Part shown: piece after piece, positions 9,749 through 19,682 of the stretch
Position numbering within the stretch: position 1 is the first letter of the stretch
Layout of the letters: each line of letters starts with the position of its first letter
Assembly (NCBI GenBank): GCA_963664305.2
Contig: CAXXLV010000001.1
Location: 384,001 to 448,000, forward strand
DNA from: an uncultured Aliarcobacter sp.
GTDB lineage: Bacteria; Campylobacterota; Campylobacteria; Campylobacterales; Arcobacteraceae
Direction of reading: 5' to 3'
Length of the DNA stretch: 64,000 nt
The notes under the pieces: model-generated
The model's database searches: none
What the model saw: the letters and a program-made list of their open reading frames with translations, nothing else
Told to the model about the DNA's origin: nothing
Position numbers and translations under genes: made by a program

Positions 9749-10437
9749 TATTTAAATTTTTTGTTTGTAACTAAACCTGGTCTAAAGTATTTTGTTTTGC
9801 AAATAGCCAGATTGGTTTTTAGGTCGGCAATTTTACTATGGTTTCCCTTTAAAAATTCTTTAACTACACTTAAATTTTGAAAATTTTCAGGTTTTGTAAA
9901 AGATGGTGCTTCAAGCATATTATTTTCATAGCTTTCAACATCCAAAGAATCAGCATTTCCAAGTACATTATCAACATTTCTAGAAATTGCATCTGCCATT
10001 ACTGTTGAAGCTAATTCTCCTCCTGTTAAAATATAATCACCAATACTAAATACTTCATTTGCATATTTTTCAATAACTCTTTCATCAATTCCTTCATATC
10101 TTCCACTTACAAATACAATATTTTTTTTCTTTGCTAATCTTTTTGCATCATTTTGTTTAAATGGTTTTGCAGCTGCTAGTGGAAATATAATATAGGCATC
10201 TTCATTTTTCTTTTTTATTTCATCTAAACAATCAAATAATGGTTGACAAAAAAGAAGCATACCTGCTCCTCCTCCTACAATTTGGTCATCAACCTTTTTA
10301 TGTTTATTAGTTGTAAAATCTCTTGGATTATAAAACTCGTAAGATATAAAATTTGATTCAACTGCTCTTTTTAAAATAGAATCTTGAAAATATGGTTCTA
10401 TAAGATTTGGGAAAAGTGTTACAAATGTAAATTTCAA
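9748..10437 (-). CDS. trmD: tRNA (guanine-N1)-methyltransferase
   Basis: [37 protein letters not shown] start. Confidence 0.97.
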   Translation of the reverse strand: MKFTFVTLFPNLIEPYFQDSILKRAVESNFISYEFYNPRDFTTNKHKKVDDQIVGGGAGMLLFCQPLFDCLDEIKKKNEDAYIIFPLAAAKPFKQNDAKRLAKKKNIVFVSGRYEGIDERVIEKYANEVFSIGDYILTGGELASTVMADAISRNVDNVLGNADSLDVESYENNMLEAPSFTKPENFQNLSVVKEFLKGNHSKIADLKTNLAICKTKYFRPGLVTNKKFK

Positions 10438-10544
10438 AATAAAATCTAGCCTTTTTTAGTTGAAATATTAACATATTTATTTTTATTTATAATTAAGCAT
10501 TTATTCTTTACACTTCCCACCTTATTTAAATAAAAGGTTATTAC

Positions 10545-10889
10545 TTGAAATTACTAAACGGTTTTGGGAAAAAGTATTTTACACTTTCTTCAATACAAGC
10601 ACACTCTGTTGCACCAAAATTACATAGTATTGTTACATCTAGTAAAAATTATTTAAATAAAAAATTATCGATATCTTCAGAATGTGATGAAGAGGAAGAA
10701 TCACCTCCAAATCTTCAAGAAAATTTATCATTACCTATTTTATTAAATTCGAAACCTTGTCACTGTGATTGTTTTTTTAAAAGAAGAACTGCACTAGCAG
10801 TAAGTCTATTTAAATTTATTCCAAGATGTCCATTTTATTGCACATTTTTTGCTTTTAGAAGAACGGGTGTTCATCCTCCTATTACTTAA
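10545..10889 (+). CDS. Cys-rich upstream ORF/putative leader (arrest) peptide of metE
   Basis: A 114-codon open frame in very AT-rich DNA with SD AAAAGG, TTG start and a candidate -10 TACACT at 10509-10514. Contains CHCDC and CPFYC and ends RRTGVHPPIT, 62 nt before metE. Confidence 0.7.
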   Translation: MKLLNGFGKKYFTLSSIQAHSVAPKLHSIVTSSKNYLNKKLSISSECDEEEESPPNLQENLSLPILLNSKPCHCDCFFKRRTALAVSLFKFIPRCPFYCTFFAFRRTGVHPPIT

Positions 10890-10951
10890 TTAATCTAACA
10901 ACTTAACAAAAATATTTAAACAATAAATTATTAATAATCAAAGGATTAATT

Positions 10952-13222
10952 ATGCAAAAAAATTATGTAATAGGATTTCCAAGAATTGGAGAAAAAAGAG
11001 AACTTAAAAAAGTTTTAGAAAAATATTGGTCAAAACAAACTGATTTTAATGAAGTAAAATTTGTAGCAGAAAGTTTGAAAAAAAGACATTGGAATTATCA
11101 AAGAGAAGCAAAGATAGATTTTATCTCTTCAAATGATTTTTCATATTATGACAATATGTTAGATACATCTATATTATTAGGTGCTATTCCAAAAAGATTT
11201 GAAAACTTAAAAAATGAAGAACTATATTTTGCAATGGCAAGAGGAAATGACTCTTGTGTCGCAATGGAAATGACTAAATGGTTTAACACAAACTACCATT
11301 ATATTGTTCCTGAAATTTCAAAAGACACAATATTTAGATTAAATAGTAAAAAAGTAATTGAAGAGTACAAAGAAGCACTTGATTTAGGAATTAAAACAAA
11401 AATAAATCTAATTGGAGCAATAACATATCTTGGACTTTCAAAAAGTGTAGATAATAGTGATATTTTTTTACACATTAATAATGTAGTTGAAGTATATAAA
11501 GAATTATTGTTAGAAATTTCAAAACTAGATGATGAAATTATCGTTCAATTTGATGAACCATTATTTGTAAAAGATTTAGATACAAAAATTTTATCTTTAA
11601 TCAAACCAGTTTATGATGCCCTAGCTTTGGTTGCATCAAATATAAAAATAGTTGTAACAACATATTTTGAACATTCAAATGAAGCAACAAAAATATTAGT
11701 TAATACTCCAATTTGGGCATTAGGTTTAGATTTTATTCATGGAAATAAAAATCTTGAAGTTTTAGAACTTATCAAAAACTCAAATAAAATTTTAATTGCA
11801 GGAGTAATTGATGGAAGAAATATTTGGAAAAGTAATTTTCAAGATAAAGTAGAACTACTTGAAAAAATCTCAAAAACTATAAATAAAGAAAATATTATAG
11901 TTGGAACTTCTTGCTCACTTTTACATGTTCCATTTACTTTAAATTATGAAGAAAAATTAGATAAAGAGATAAAATCTTGGTTAGCATTTGCAAATGAGAA
12001 GTTAAAAGAGTTATCACTTGTATCTAAACAATTTTTTGACTTCAAACTAAATTTAGAAGAGTTATCTACAATAAAAAGAAATATTGAAGATAATAATCAA
12101 AGAAAGATTTCTTCAAAAATTCACAATATTAAAATTCAAGATGAAATAAAAAATCTTAAAAATTTTGAAAGAGTAGATAAGTTTCAAAATAGAATAAAAG
12201 TTCAAAGAGAATTTTTCAAATATGATTTTTTAACAACTACAACTATTGGTTCATTCCCTCAAACTCCAGAGATTAGAGAAAATAGAAAACAATATAAAGT
12301 AAATGCCATTTCAAAAGAGCAATATGAAAATGAAATCAAAAAATATATTGACGATTGTGTAGCTTTTCAAGATGAAATTGGACTTGATGTTCTAGTTCAT
12401 GGAGAACCTGAAAGAAATGATATGGTTGAATATTTTGGAGAATTAATGGATGGATTTGTATTTACACAAAATGCCTGGGTTCAATCTTATGGTAGTCGTT
12501 GTGTAAAACCACCTTTAATTTATGGTGATGTTTCAAGACCAAATCCAATGACTGTTGAGTGGATAAAATATGCTCAAAGTAAAACTAAAAAAGTTATGAA
12601 AGGTATGTTAACAGGACCAGTTACTATTTTAAATTGGTCATTTGTAAGAGATGATATATCAAGAAATGAAGTTGCAAAGCAAATTGCATTTGCTATAAAC
12701 AAAGAAGTAGATGATTTACAAAATGCTGGAATAAAAATGATTCAAGTTGATGAAGCAGCATTTAAAGAAGGTTATCCTTTAAGAGCTGAAAACATTAAAG
12801 CTTATGAAAATTGGGCAGTTGATAATTTCAAATTAAGTGTTAGTTGTGCAAAAGCAGACACTCAAATTCATACACACATGTGTTATAGCGAATTTAATGA
12901 CATTATTAAAACTATTGAAGCTATGGATGCTGATGTTATTTCAATCGAAACTGCACGTAGTGGAAATAGACTTTTAAAAATCTTTAAAGAAGTAGCTTAC
13001 AAACAAGAAATTGGTCCTGGAATTTATGATATTCATAGTCCTAGAGTTCCAAGTGTTGAAGAGATGGTGAAACAAATTGAAGCTTTAATCGAAGTTTTAC
13101 CAAAAGAACAATTATGGATAAACCCTGATTGTGGATTAAAAACTAGAAAATGGCCAGAAGTAAAACAAAGTCTAAAAAATATGGTTGAAGCAGTGAAAAT
13201 TGTTAAAGAAAAAAATTACTAG
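10952..13222 (+). CDS. metE: Cobalamin-independent methionine synthase
   Basis: GFPRIG, EMTKWFNTNYHY, TTIGSFPQT, HGEPERNDMVEYF, HTHMCYSEF and NPDCGLKTR (Zn ligands). Confidence 0.99.
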   Translation: MQKNYVIGFPRIGEKRELKKVLEKYWSKQTDFNEVKFVAESLKKRHWNYQREAKIDFISSNDFSYYDNMLDTSILLGAIPKRFENLKNEELYFAMARGNDSCVAMEMTKWFNTNYHYIVPEISKDTIFRLNSKKVIEEYKEALDLGIKTKINLIGAITYLGLSKSVDNSDIFLHINNVVEVYKELLLEISKLDDEIIVQFDEPLFVKDLDTKILSLIKPVYDALALVASNIKIVVTTYFEHSNEATKILVNTPIWALGLDFIHGNKNLEVLELIKNSNKILIAGVIDGRNIWKSNFQDKVELLEKISKTINKENIIVGTSCSLLHVPFTLNYEEKLDKEIKSWLAFANEKLKELSLVSKQFFDFKLNLEELSTIKRNIEDNNQRKISSKIHNIKIQDEIKNLKNFERVDKFQNRIKVQREFFKYDFLTTTTIGSFPQTPEIRENRKQYKVNAISKEQYENEIKKYIDDCVAFQDEIGLDVLVHGEPERNDMVEYFGELMDGFVFTQNAWVQSYGSRCVKPPLIYGDVSRPNPMTVEWIKYAQSKTKKVMKGMLTGPVTILNWSFVRDDISRNEVAKQIAFAINKEVDDLQNAGIKMIQVDEAAFKEGYPLRAENIKAYENWAVDNFKLSVSCAKADTQIHTHMCYSEFNDIIKTIEAMDADVISIETARSGNRLLKIFKEVAYKQEIGPGIYDIHSPRVPSVEEMVKQIEALIEVLPKEQLWINPDCGLKTRKWPEVKQSLKNMVEAVKIVKEKNY

Positions 13223-13239
13223 AGCTTTTGCTCTAGTAA
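13216..13239. terminator. Hairpin overlapping the metE stop codon (terminator/stabiliser)
   Basis: TTACTAGAGC-tttt-GCTCTAGTAA perfect 10-bp stem; no U-tract on the + strand. Confidence 0.55.
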
Positions 13240-13321
13240 GAATATGTTTTGTTATAACTTAATTATGATAAAACATATTTTTAGATAATATTCGGGAATT
13301 ATAAAAATGAGAAAAGAAACT

Positions 13322-14527
13322 ATGATTACATTAAATGATATAAAAGAAGCAAAAAAAAGATTATCAAATACAGTTCACGCAACTCCACTTATGAAAGCTC
13401 CTATTTTAAGTAAAGAAAAAAATGCAGAAATTTTTCTAAAAGAGGATAACTTACAATTAACAGGAAGTTTTAAAATTAGAGGTGCTTTTAATAGAGTTGC
13501 TTTGCTTGATGAAACTAGAAGAAAAAATGGTGTTGTTGCAGCAAGTGCAGGGAATCATGCACAAGGTTTAGCTTTTGCGGCACAACACTTCAATTGTGAA
13601 GCAACTATTTTTATGCCAGAAGCAACTCCACTTACAAAAGTTTCAGGAGTTAAATCTTATGGAGCAAATGTTGTTTTAACTGGTGAAAATTTTGATGAAG
13701 CATATGCAGCAGCTACAAAATTTGCAAAAGAAAACAATAAAGAGTTTATTCATCCATTTGCAGATGATGCTGTTATTGCAGGGCAAGGGACAATTGCATT
13801 AGAAATTTTAGAAAAAATTGACGATATTGACCACATTATTGTACCAATTGGTGGTGGAGGTTTAATCTCTGGAATTGCAATTGCGGCAAAAGCAATCAAT
13901 CCAAATATTAGAATCACAGGTGTTGTTGCAAGTGGTGCAAGAGGGATGAAAGACTCATTCGAAGCAAGACTTCCTATAGATTCTTCAAGTGTTAGAACAA
14001 TTGCAGATGGAATTGCAGTTCGTGATGTAACACCAAAATTACTTGAAATCATTTTAGAATATGTAGATGAAATTGTTGAAGTAAGTGATAATGAAACTGC
14101 TAATGCAATTTTATTTTTATTAGAAAAACATAAACTTATGGTTGAAGGTGCAGGTGCTGTAGCAACTGCTGCAATCATGCATAATAAAGTTAATGTTGAA
14201 AATGAAAAAGTTTGTGCAATAGTAAGTGGTGGAAATATTGATGTCACTATGTTATCTTTAATTATTGATAAAGGATTAGTAAAATCATTTAGAAAAATGA
14301 ATCTAATCGTAACACTTATGGATAAACCAGGTGCTTTAATGCATTTAACAGAAATTTTCAAAACTTGTTCAGCAAATATTGTTCAAATAGATTATGATAG
14401 AAACTCTATAAAACTGGAGTTTGGTGAAGCTCATGTTACAATTGCACTTGAAACAAAAGGTGAAGAGCATCAAGAACTAATAAGAGAAAATTTGAAACAA
14501 AATGGTTACAGATATAAACAAATTTAA
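13322..14527 (+). CDS. ilvA: Threonine ammonia-lyase (dehydratase) with C-terminal ACT domain
   Basis: LQLTGSFKIRGA, ASAGNHAQG, PIGGGGLISG, C-terminal ACT (DKPGAL). Start could also be 13307. Confidence 0.95.
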   Translation: MITLNDIKEAKKRLSNTVHATPLMKAPILSKEKNAEIFLKEDNLQLTGSFKIRGAFNRVALLDETRRKNGVVAASAGNHAQGLAFAAQHFNCEATIFMPEATPLTKVSGVKSYGANVVLTGENFDEAYAAATKFAKENNKEFIHPFADDAVIAGQGTIALEILEKIDDIDHIIVPIGGGGLISGIAIAAKAINPNIRITGVVASGARGMKDSFEARLPIDSSSVRTIADGIAVRDVTPKLLEIILEYVDEIVEVSDNETANAILFLLEKHKLMVEGAGAVATAAIMHNKVNVENEKVCAIVSGGNIDVTMLSLIIDKGLVKSFRKMNLIVTLMDKPGALMHLTEIFKTCSANIVQIDYDRNSIKLEFGEAHVTIALETKGEEHQELIRENLKQNGYRYKQI

Positions 14528-14619
14528 GTTAATTTTTTGTCTTTAGAAAGATTTTAGAAAATAAATACTATAATGCACGCATAATTTAGTACATGTAGAA
14601 ACAAAAAAAAAGGAAGAAA

Positions 14620-15306
14620 ATGGAAGGAAGACTGTTTACATTCTTGGGTGCAATTGGTGGGCACGGGCAAGAGTGGATAATCTTATCACACTTTGTTCTA
14701 GTTATTGGGATAATTTTCTTAATTTCAAGAGCAGCTACTAGAAAGTTACAATTAGTTCCAACTGGATCTCAAAATGTAATGGAAACGTTTGTAGGTGGTA
14801 TCGTTGCAATGGGAACTGATACAATGGGTGAAAAAAACGCTAGAACTTATATGCCTTTAATTGGTTCTTTAGCTTTAGTAATTTTTGTTAGTAATATGAT
14901 TGGAGTTATCCCTGGTTTCGAAGCTCCAACTTCAAATATTAACTTTACATTATCTTTAGCTTTAATAGTATTTGTTTACTATAACTATTTAGGTATTAAG
15001 AAAAATGGTTTCGTTGCTTATTTTAAACATTTTATGGGACCTATGCCTGTGTTAGCTCCATTAATGTTCCCAATTGAAATTATTTCTCACTTATCAAGAA
15101 TTGTTTCATTATCATTCAGACTTTTTGGTTCAATCAGAGGAGATGATATGTTCTTAATGGTACTTTTAATGTTAGTACCTTGGTTATTACCTCTTCCTGG
15201 GTTCTTCTTATTAACTGCGTTTGGTTTCTTACAAGCGTTTATTTTCAGTATATTAACTTATGTTTATATTGCTGGTTCTATTATGATGGAACACGAAGAA
15301 CACTAA
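14620..15306 (+). CDS. atpB: F0F1 ATP synthase subunit a
   Basis: APTSNIN and PIEIISHLSRIVSLSFRLFG (conserved Arg), LQAFIF. Confidence 0.97.
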   Translation: MEGRLFTFLGAIGGHGQEWIILSHFVLVIGIIFLISRAATRKLQLVPTGSQNVMETFVGGIVAMGTDTMGEKNARTYMPLIGSLALVIFVSNMIGVIPGFEAPTSNINFTLSLALIVFVYYNYLGIKKNGFVAYFKHFMGPMPVLAPLMFPIEIISHLSRIVSLSFRLFGSIRGDDMFLMVLLMLVPWLLPLPGFFLLTAFGFLQAFIFSILTYVYIAGSIMMEHEEH

Positions 15307-15327
15307 AAATTTTGATAAAAAATTTTG

Positions 15328-15362
15328 AAAAGGGAATAAGTTTTTACTTATTCCCTTTTTTT
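15328..15362 (+). terminator. Intrinsic terminator after atpB
   Basis: AAAAGGGAATAAGT-ttt(t)-ACTTATTCCCTTTTTTT. Confidence 0.9.
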
Positions 15363-15384
15363 ATATCTTTAAATAGAAAGACTT

Positions 15385-15939
15385 ATGAAAAAATATCTTA
15401 TAACTGACCCTCAATATTATACTAATGATATAGAAATATTTAAAAAAACTTTGATAAAAACCTTAACTAAACATAAAATTGATATTGCTTGTTTTAGAAA
15501 TAAAGAATCTGAAAATTTTGAAGAATTGGCAAAAATCTTTATAGAAATTTGTAAAAAATTTAACGTTAAAGAAATACTTATAAATTCAGATTATTTGTTA
15601 GCTAAAAAGCTAGGTGCAACAGGAGTTCATCTAAATTCAAAACAATTTGATAAAATCAAAGAAGCAAAAGAAAAAAATCTTTTTACAATTATCTCTTGTC
15701 ACACTTTTTTAGAGATTGAAGAAGCTATGAAATTAAAAGCAGATGCGATTACTTTTTCTCCTATTTTTAATACACCAAATAAAGGTGAACCTAAAGGAAT
15801 AGAAAAGTTAGAAGAGGCAACAAACTTATATAAAGATATAAAGATTATTGCTCTTGGAGGAATAGTTTCAAAAGAACAAATCTCTAAAATAGAAAATACA
15901 AAAGCCTATGGTTTTGCTTCTATTAGATATTTTGTTTAA
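15385..15939 (+). CDS. Thiamine phosphate synthase/TenI-like protein
   Basis: YLITD, GVHL, ISCH, FSPIF.TPNK, IALGGI. Confidence 0.85.
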   Translation: MKKYLITDPQYYTNDIEIFKKTLIKTLTKHKIDIACFRNKESENFEELAKIFIEICKKFNVKEILINSDYLLAKKLGATGVHLNSKQFDKIKEAKEKNLFTIISCHTFLEIEEAMKLKADAITFSPIFNTPNKGEPKGIEKLEEATNLYKDIKIIALGGIVSKEQISKIENTKAYGFASIRYFV

Positions 15940-18668
15940 ATCTCTTTTAGTGTGCAATTATTAGGTTTTAAATATACTAGATATGATTTCACATTTGATG
16001 TTTGAAATATCTCTTTTATAGCTTTTTTATAATATGAAACTTGAACTTTATGTTCATCAAGTTCTTCTTTTGTTGTCTTATAATCAATAATATAAAAACA
16101 ATCTTCTTTAAATAAAAGTAAATCTATAATCTTTATCTCTTCTTTATAAATCAAAGATTGTTCTGAAATAAACATTGAATTTTCTAATAAAGATTTAAAA
16201 ATTGAATTATTCAATAAAAATCTCAATCTATTTTTTATATCAAAAAAATCTTCTTCACTTAAATAGTTTGAATATCTAGTTTGTACTAAATCCATAGAAT
16301 AGTCTAAATTCTTTTCATCAAATTCATTCATCATTTCCAAACAATAGTGAGTTGCCAATCCAAAATATTTTGCATGTAAATGGTCAACTTCTAACTCTTT
16401 TTCTTTTGAGATTTGTTTTTCTTGTGTTCCTAAATCTAATGGAGTATATGAAACAATATTTTTTTCATCTTTGTTTATTACAAGATTAATACTCTCTTTA
16501 ATTTTTCCAATTTTACAAATATTCATATTTAAAATATCAAAAACAGAAGATTTAACTTTTTTAAATATAATCATATTGTTTTTAGCACGAGTTAAAGCAA
16601 CATATAAAATATTTATTTCATCTTCTAGACTTAGTGCCTTTTCTTTTGCTATTGCTTTTTCATAATCTTTATCAAAATTTTCATAACCTTTTATTTTGTA
16701 AAAAATATTTTTTAGTTCGAGATTTTCATACTCAAATAAAAGTGAAGATTTATCTACATTTTTTCTTTTAATTCTATCAAGTAAAATAACAGTATGAAAC
16801 TCCAAACCTTTTGATTTAAAAATAGTTAATATTTGAAGTCCAACTGATTCACTATTTTCCATATTTGCATCTAATTTATCTATCTCATAAACAAAATCTA
16901 CAATATTATTAAAACTTGAACTCACTTCAATTAATTTAACAACATTTTCATCTATGATTTTTAATTTTTTTGATAACTCTTTTATAATTTCTTGAACAGA
17001 TTTTTCTTCCAATTCAATTTGTAAATCCAATTCATTTAATATCTCTTTTCCAATAAGCGCATTTACATTCTCTTTATAAATTTCCTCTTTGAAATAAAGA
17101 TATTTCATAGCATTAATAACAGCTTTTACATTTTGTTGATTTATTAATTTTGAAGTCATTTCAGTTGATATTTTCATATCAGGAAACTTCTGTTTTAAAT
17201 AATAATATAAAGACAAAACATCATCATTTGTATAAGTTAGAATTGATATATCATTTGGATTAACTCCTAAATTAATCAACTCTTCAATCTTTTTTGCAAT
17301 ATTTACAAATTTTTCTTCTTCATCTAATGCTTCATCTTCACAAACTTCAACATAACCATCTTTTGCAACTGATTCTTGTTCATAATATTCATAATTACTA
17401 AGATTTAAAAAAAGTGAATTTACATAAGAGATAATATTTTCACATGAACGATAATTTGTATTTAAAACTTCTACTTCTAAAACTTTATTTGTATTTGCTA
17501 CATAATCAAAAAGTTCTCTTTTCCCACCTCTAAATCTATAAATAGATTGTTTTATATCCCCAACATAAAAAAATGTTTTAAATTTCGTTGTATCACCAGA
17601 AAGTATCTCTTTTATTAAAGGTTCTAAAATTTTATATTGTAAAAGTGAAGTATCTTGAAACTCATCCATCAAAATATGTGAATAAGTTGAATCAAGTCTA
17701 AAATATAAAAAATCTTTATCAATTTTTGTTGATAATAATTCATAAACTAAATTTGAGATATCGTTAAATTCTAAATAGTTTTTATTTTTGTTAAACTCAA
17801 ATTTAAAATCTTTAAACATTAAATAGAGTTCAAATAGTTTATTTAAACTGTACCCTGCTCTAATTTTATAATATATTGTTATCTCTTTTTTTAACTCTAT
17901 AAAATAAGATTCTATTGTTTCATTTGCACATTTTTTAAAATATGAATATTCAGCTAAACAATCTTTTTCAAGCCATGTTCTTCCAAATAAATCATCAAAT
18001 TTCTCAAAATCAACAGCTTTTTTTGCACTTGGGCTTGCAACACTACAATTTAAAATAAACTCTTTTATTTTAAAAGCATTTTCTAAAACTTTCTCTTTTT
18101 GGAAATCTATTAATTTAGCATCAATATTTAAAATATCTATTTTTTCATTTTTTTCTAAAAGTATTTTAAAAAGTTCAAAAAGAGAATTAAATTTCTTTTT
18201 TTCATAATGGGAAAAATCTATCAATGTTTCAAACTGTTTTAAATCAAGTGATTCTAAAAATTTTAAACTAAGAGTTTCAATATCATCTTCTTTTATTTCA
18301 AAATCATCTGAAATACCAATATATCCACAAAACTCTCTTAAGATTTTATTTACAAATTTATCAATAGTAAATATTGATAAGTTTGCACTTGAAAATGATT
18401 TTACTAAAAAACCTTTTTTACCTAAAATCTCCTCTTTTGAAAGATTTGATTGTTCAATAATTGCATTTAGATATGCTTCATCATCACCTAATGTAAGAAG
18501 TGTTTTATATATTCTTTCACTCATTTCATTTGCAGCTTTATTTGTAAATGTAAGAGTTAAAATCTCATTTGGTTTTGCACCAAGCAATAACAAAGAAATG
18601 TAACGAACCGTAAGAGCAAATGTTTTACCACTTCCTGCACTGGCTTTTAAAGCTAAATATTTTTTCAT
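15936..18668 (-). CDS. addA: AddA/RecB-like SF1 helicase-nuclease
   Basis: ASAGSGKT, LTFTNKAA, DEFQDTS, VGDIKQSIYRFRG, NYRS, KSKGLEF, YVALTRA, and a C-terminal IDLL...IIDYKT nuclease. Confidence 0.92.
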   Translation of the reverse strand: MKKYLALKASAGSGKTFALTVRYISLLLLGAKPNEILTLTFTNKAANEMSERIYKTLLTLGDDEAYLNAIIEQSNLSKEEILGKKGFLVKSFSSANLSIFTIDKFVNKILREFCGYIGISDDFEIKEDDIETLSLKFLESLDLKQFETLIDFSHYEKKKFNSLFELFKILLEKNEKIDILNIDAKLIDFQKEKVLENAFKIKEFILNCSVASPSAKKAVDFEKFDDLFGRTWLEKDCLAEYSYFKKCANETIESYFIELKKEITIYYKIRAGYSLNKLFELYLMFKDFKFEFNKNKNYLEFNDISNLVYELLSTKIDKDFLYFRLDSTYSHILMDEFQDTSLLQYKILEPLIKEILSGDTTKFKTFFYVGDIKQSIYRFRGGKRELFDYVANTNKVLEVEVLNTNYRSCENIISYVNSLFLNLSNYEYYEQESVAKDGYVEVCEDEALDEEEKFVNIAKKIEELINLGVNPNDISILTYTNDDVLSLYYYLKQKFPDMKISTEMTSKLINQQNVKAVINAMKYLYFKEEIYKENVNALIGKEILNELDLQIELEEKSVQEIIKELSKKLKIIDENVVKLIEVSSSFNNIVDFVYEIDKLDANMENSESVGLQILTIFKSKGLEFHTVILLDRIKRKNVDKSSLLFEYENLELKNIFYKIKGYENFDKDYEKAIAKEKALSLEDEINILYVALTRAKNNMIIFKKVKSSVFDILNMNICKIGKIKESINLVINKDEKNIVSYTPLDLGTQEKQISKEKELEVDHLHAKYFGLATHYCLEMMNEFDEKNLDYSMDLVQTRYSNYLSEEDFFDIKNRLRFLLNNSIFKSLLENSMFISEQSLIYKEEIKIIDLLLFKEDCFYIIDYKTTKEELDEHKVQVSYYKKAIKEIFQTSNVKSYLVYLKPNNCTLKEI

Positions 18669-18759
18669 AAAAGAATAATACTAAAGTAACTATTTCATTT
18701 TAGTTAATAAGATACTTTTAGATATAATCTTGCTTTAAAAATTACATAGGATTGTAAAT

Positions 18760-19674
18760 ATGCAAACTGATTATCCATTTTCAAAAGAACAAAAAGTTCA
18801 AACACTACTTGATGCAATTCCATATATTAAAAAATTTTTTGGGAAAACTATAGTTATCAAATATGGTGGTTCTGCTCAAACTAGTCCAGATTTAAAAGAA
18901 AAATTTGCTCAAGACATAGTTTTTCTTTCATTATTAGGTATTAAACCTGTAATCGTACATGGAGGAGGAGCAAGAATTACTGAACTATTAACAAAATTAA
19001 ATATTCCTTCTCATTTTGTTGATGGACATAGAGTTACTTGTGAAGATAGTATGAGAGTTGTTGAAATGGTATTAAGTGGAGAAATTAATAAAAATATCAC
19101 TTCTTTATTAAATCATCATGGAGCAAAAGCTATTGGAATTTCAGGAAAAGATTCAAGTATTATAAATGCTGTTCCAAAAGATGGTGGGAAATTTGGTTTT
19201 ACAGGTGAAATTACAAAAGTAAATGGCTCAATGATAAATAATTTAATAAAAGAAGGATTTATCCCAGTAATTGCACCAATTGCAGATAGTGCTGAACCAA
19301 ATCATCCAGGATTTAATATAAATGCAGATATCGCAGCTTGTGAAATTGCTGTTGCTATTGGAGCTCAAAAAGTTTTATTCTTAACAGATACAATTGGAGT
19401 TTTAGATAAAGAAAAAAATCTAATTCAAACTTTAGATAAACAAAGTGTTGAAAATTATAAGAAAAATGGAACAATTGCTGGAGGAATGATTCCAAAAGTT
19501 GATTCTTGTATTGATGCAATTGAAAATGGCGTAAACAAAGCTCATATAATTGATGGAAGAGTTGAGCACTCAATTTTATTAGAGTTATTTACAAGTGATG
19601 GAATTGGAACACAATTTATTAGAAAAGACAATCCAAATAATGGCATTGACTTAGAGAAATTATTAGAGAATTAA
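18760..19674 (+). CDS. argB: Acetylglutamate kinase
   Basis: VIKYGGSA, VHGGG, NINAD, GGMIPKV. Confidence 0.97.
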   Translation: MQTDYPFSKEQKVQTLLDAIPYIKKFFGKTIVIKYGGSAQTSPDLKEKFAQDIVFLSLLGIKPVIVHGGGARITELLTKLNIPSHFVDGHRVTCEDSMRVVEMVLSGEINKNITSLLNHHGAKAIGISGKDSSIINAVPKDGGKFGFTGEITKVNGSMINNLIKEGFIPVIAPIADSAEPNHPGFNINADIAACEIAVAIGAQKVLFLTDTIGVLDKEKNLIQTLDKQSVENYKKNGTIAGGMIPKVDSCIDAIENGVNKAHIIDGRVEHSILLELFTSDGIGTQFIRKDNPNNGIDLEKLLEN

Positions 19675-19682
19675 GGGGTATT

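Noticed and set aside
10750..10810. GTCACTG...AAGTC inside the metE leader, faintly like the cobalamin riboswitch B12 box
   Set aside because: The other conserved elements (AGGGAA, CCCGC/AACTGT, GGGAAG, AGACC) and pairing stems are not visible, and the bases are explained by the Cys codons of the uORF. An Infernal scan would settle it.
13750..14361. Long antisense ORFs (13750-14361, 39163-39765 and many shorter ones)
   Set aside because: They lie fully or largely opposite well-supported genes, mostly mirror their codon frame, and show no recognisable motifs.
14620..15306. atpB isolated from the other ATP synthase genes
   Set aside because: A split atp operon is the normal state in Campylobacterota.
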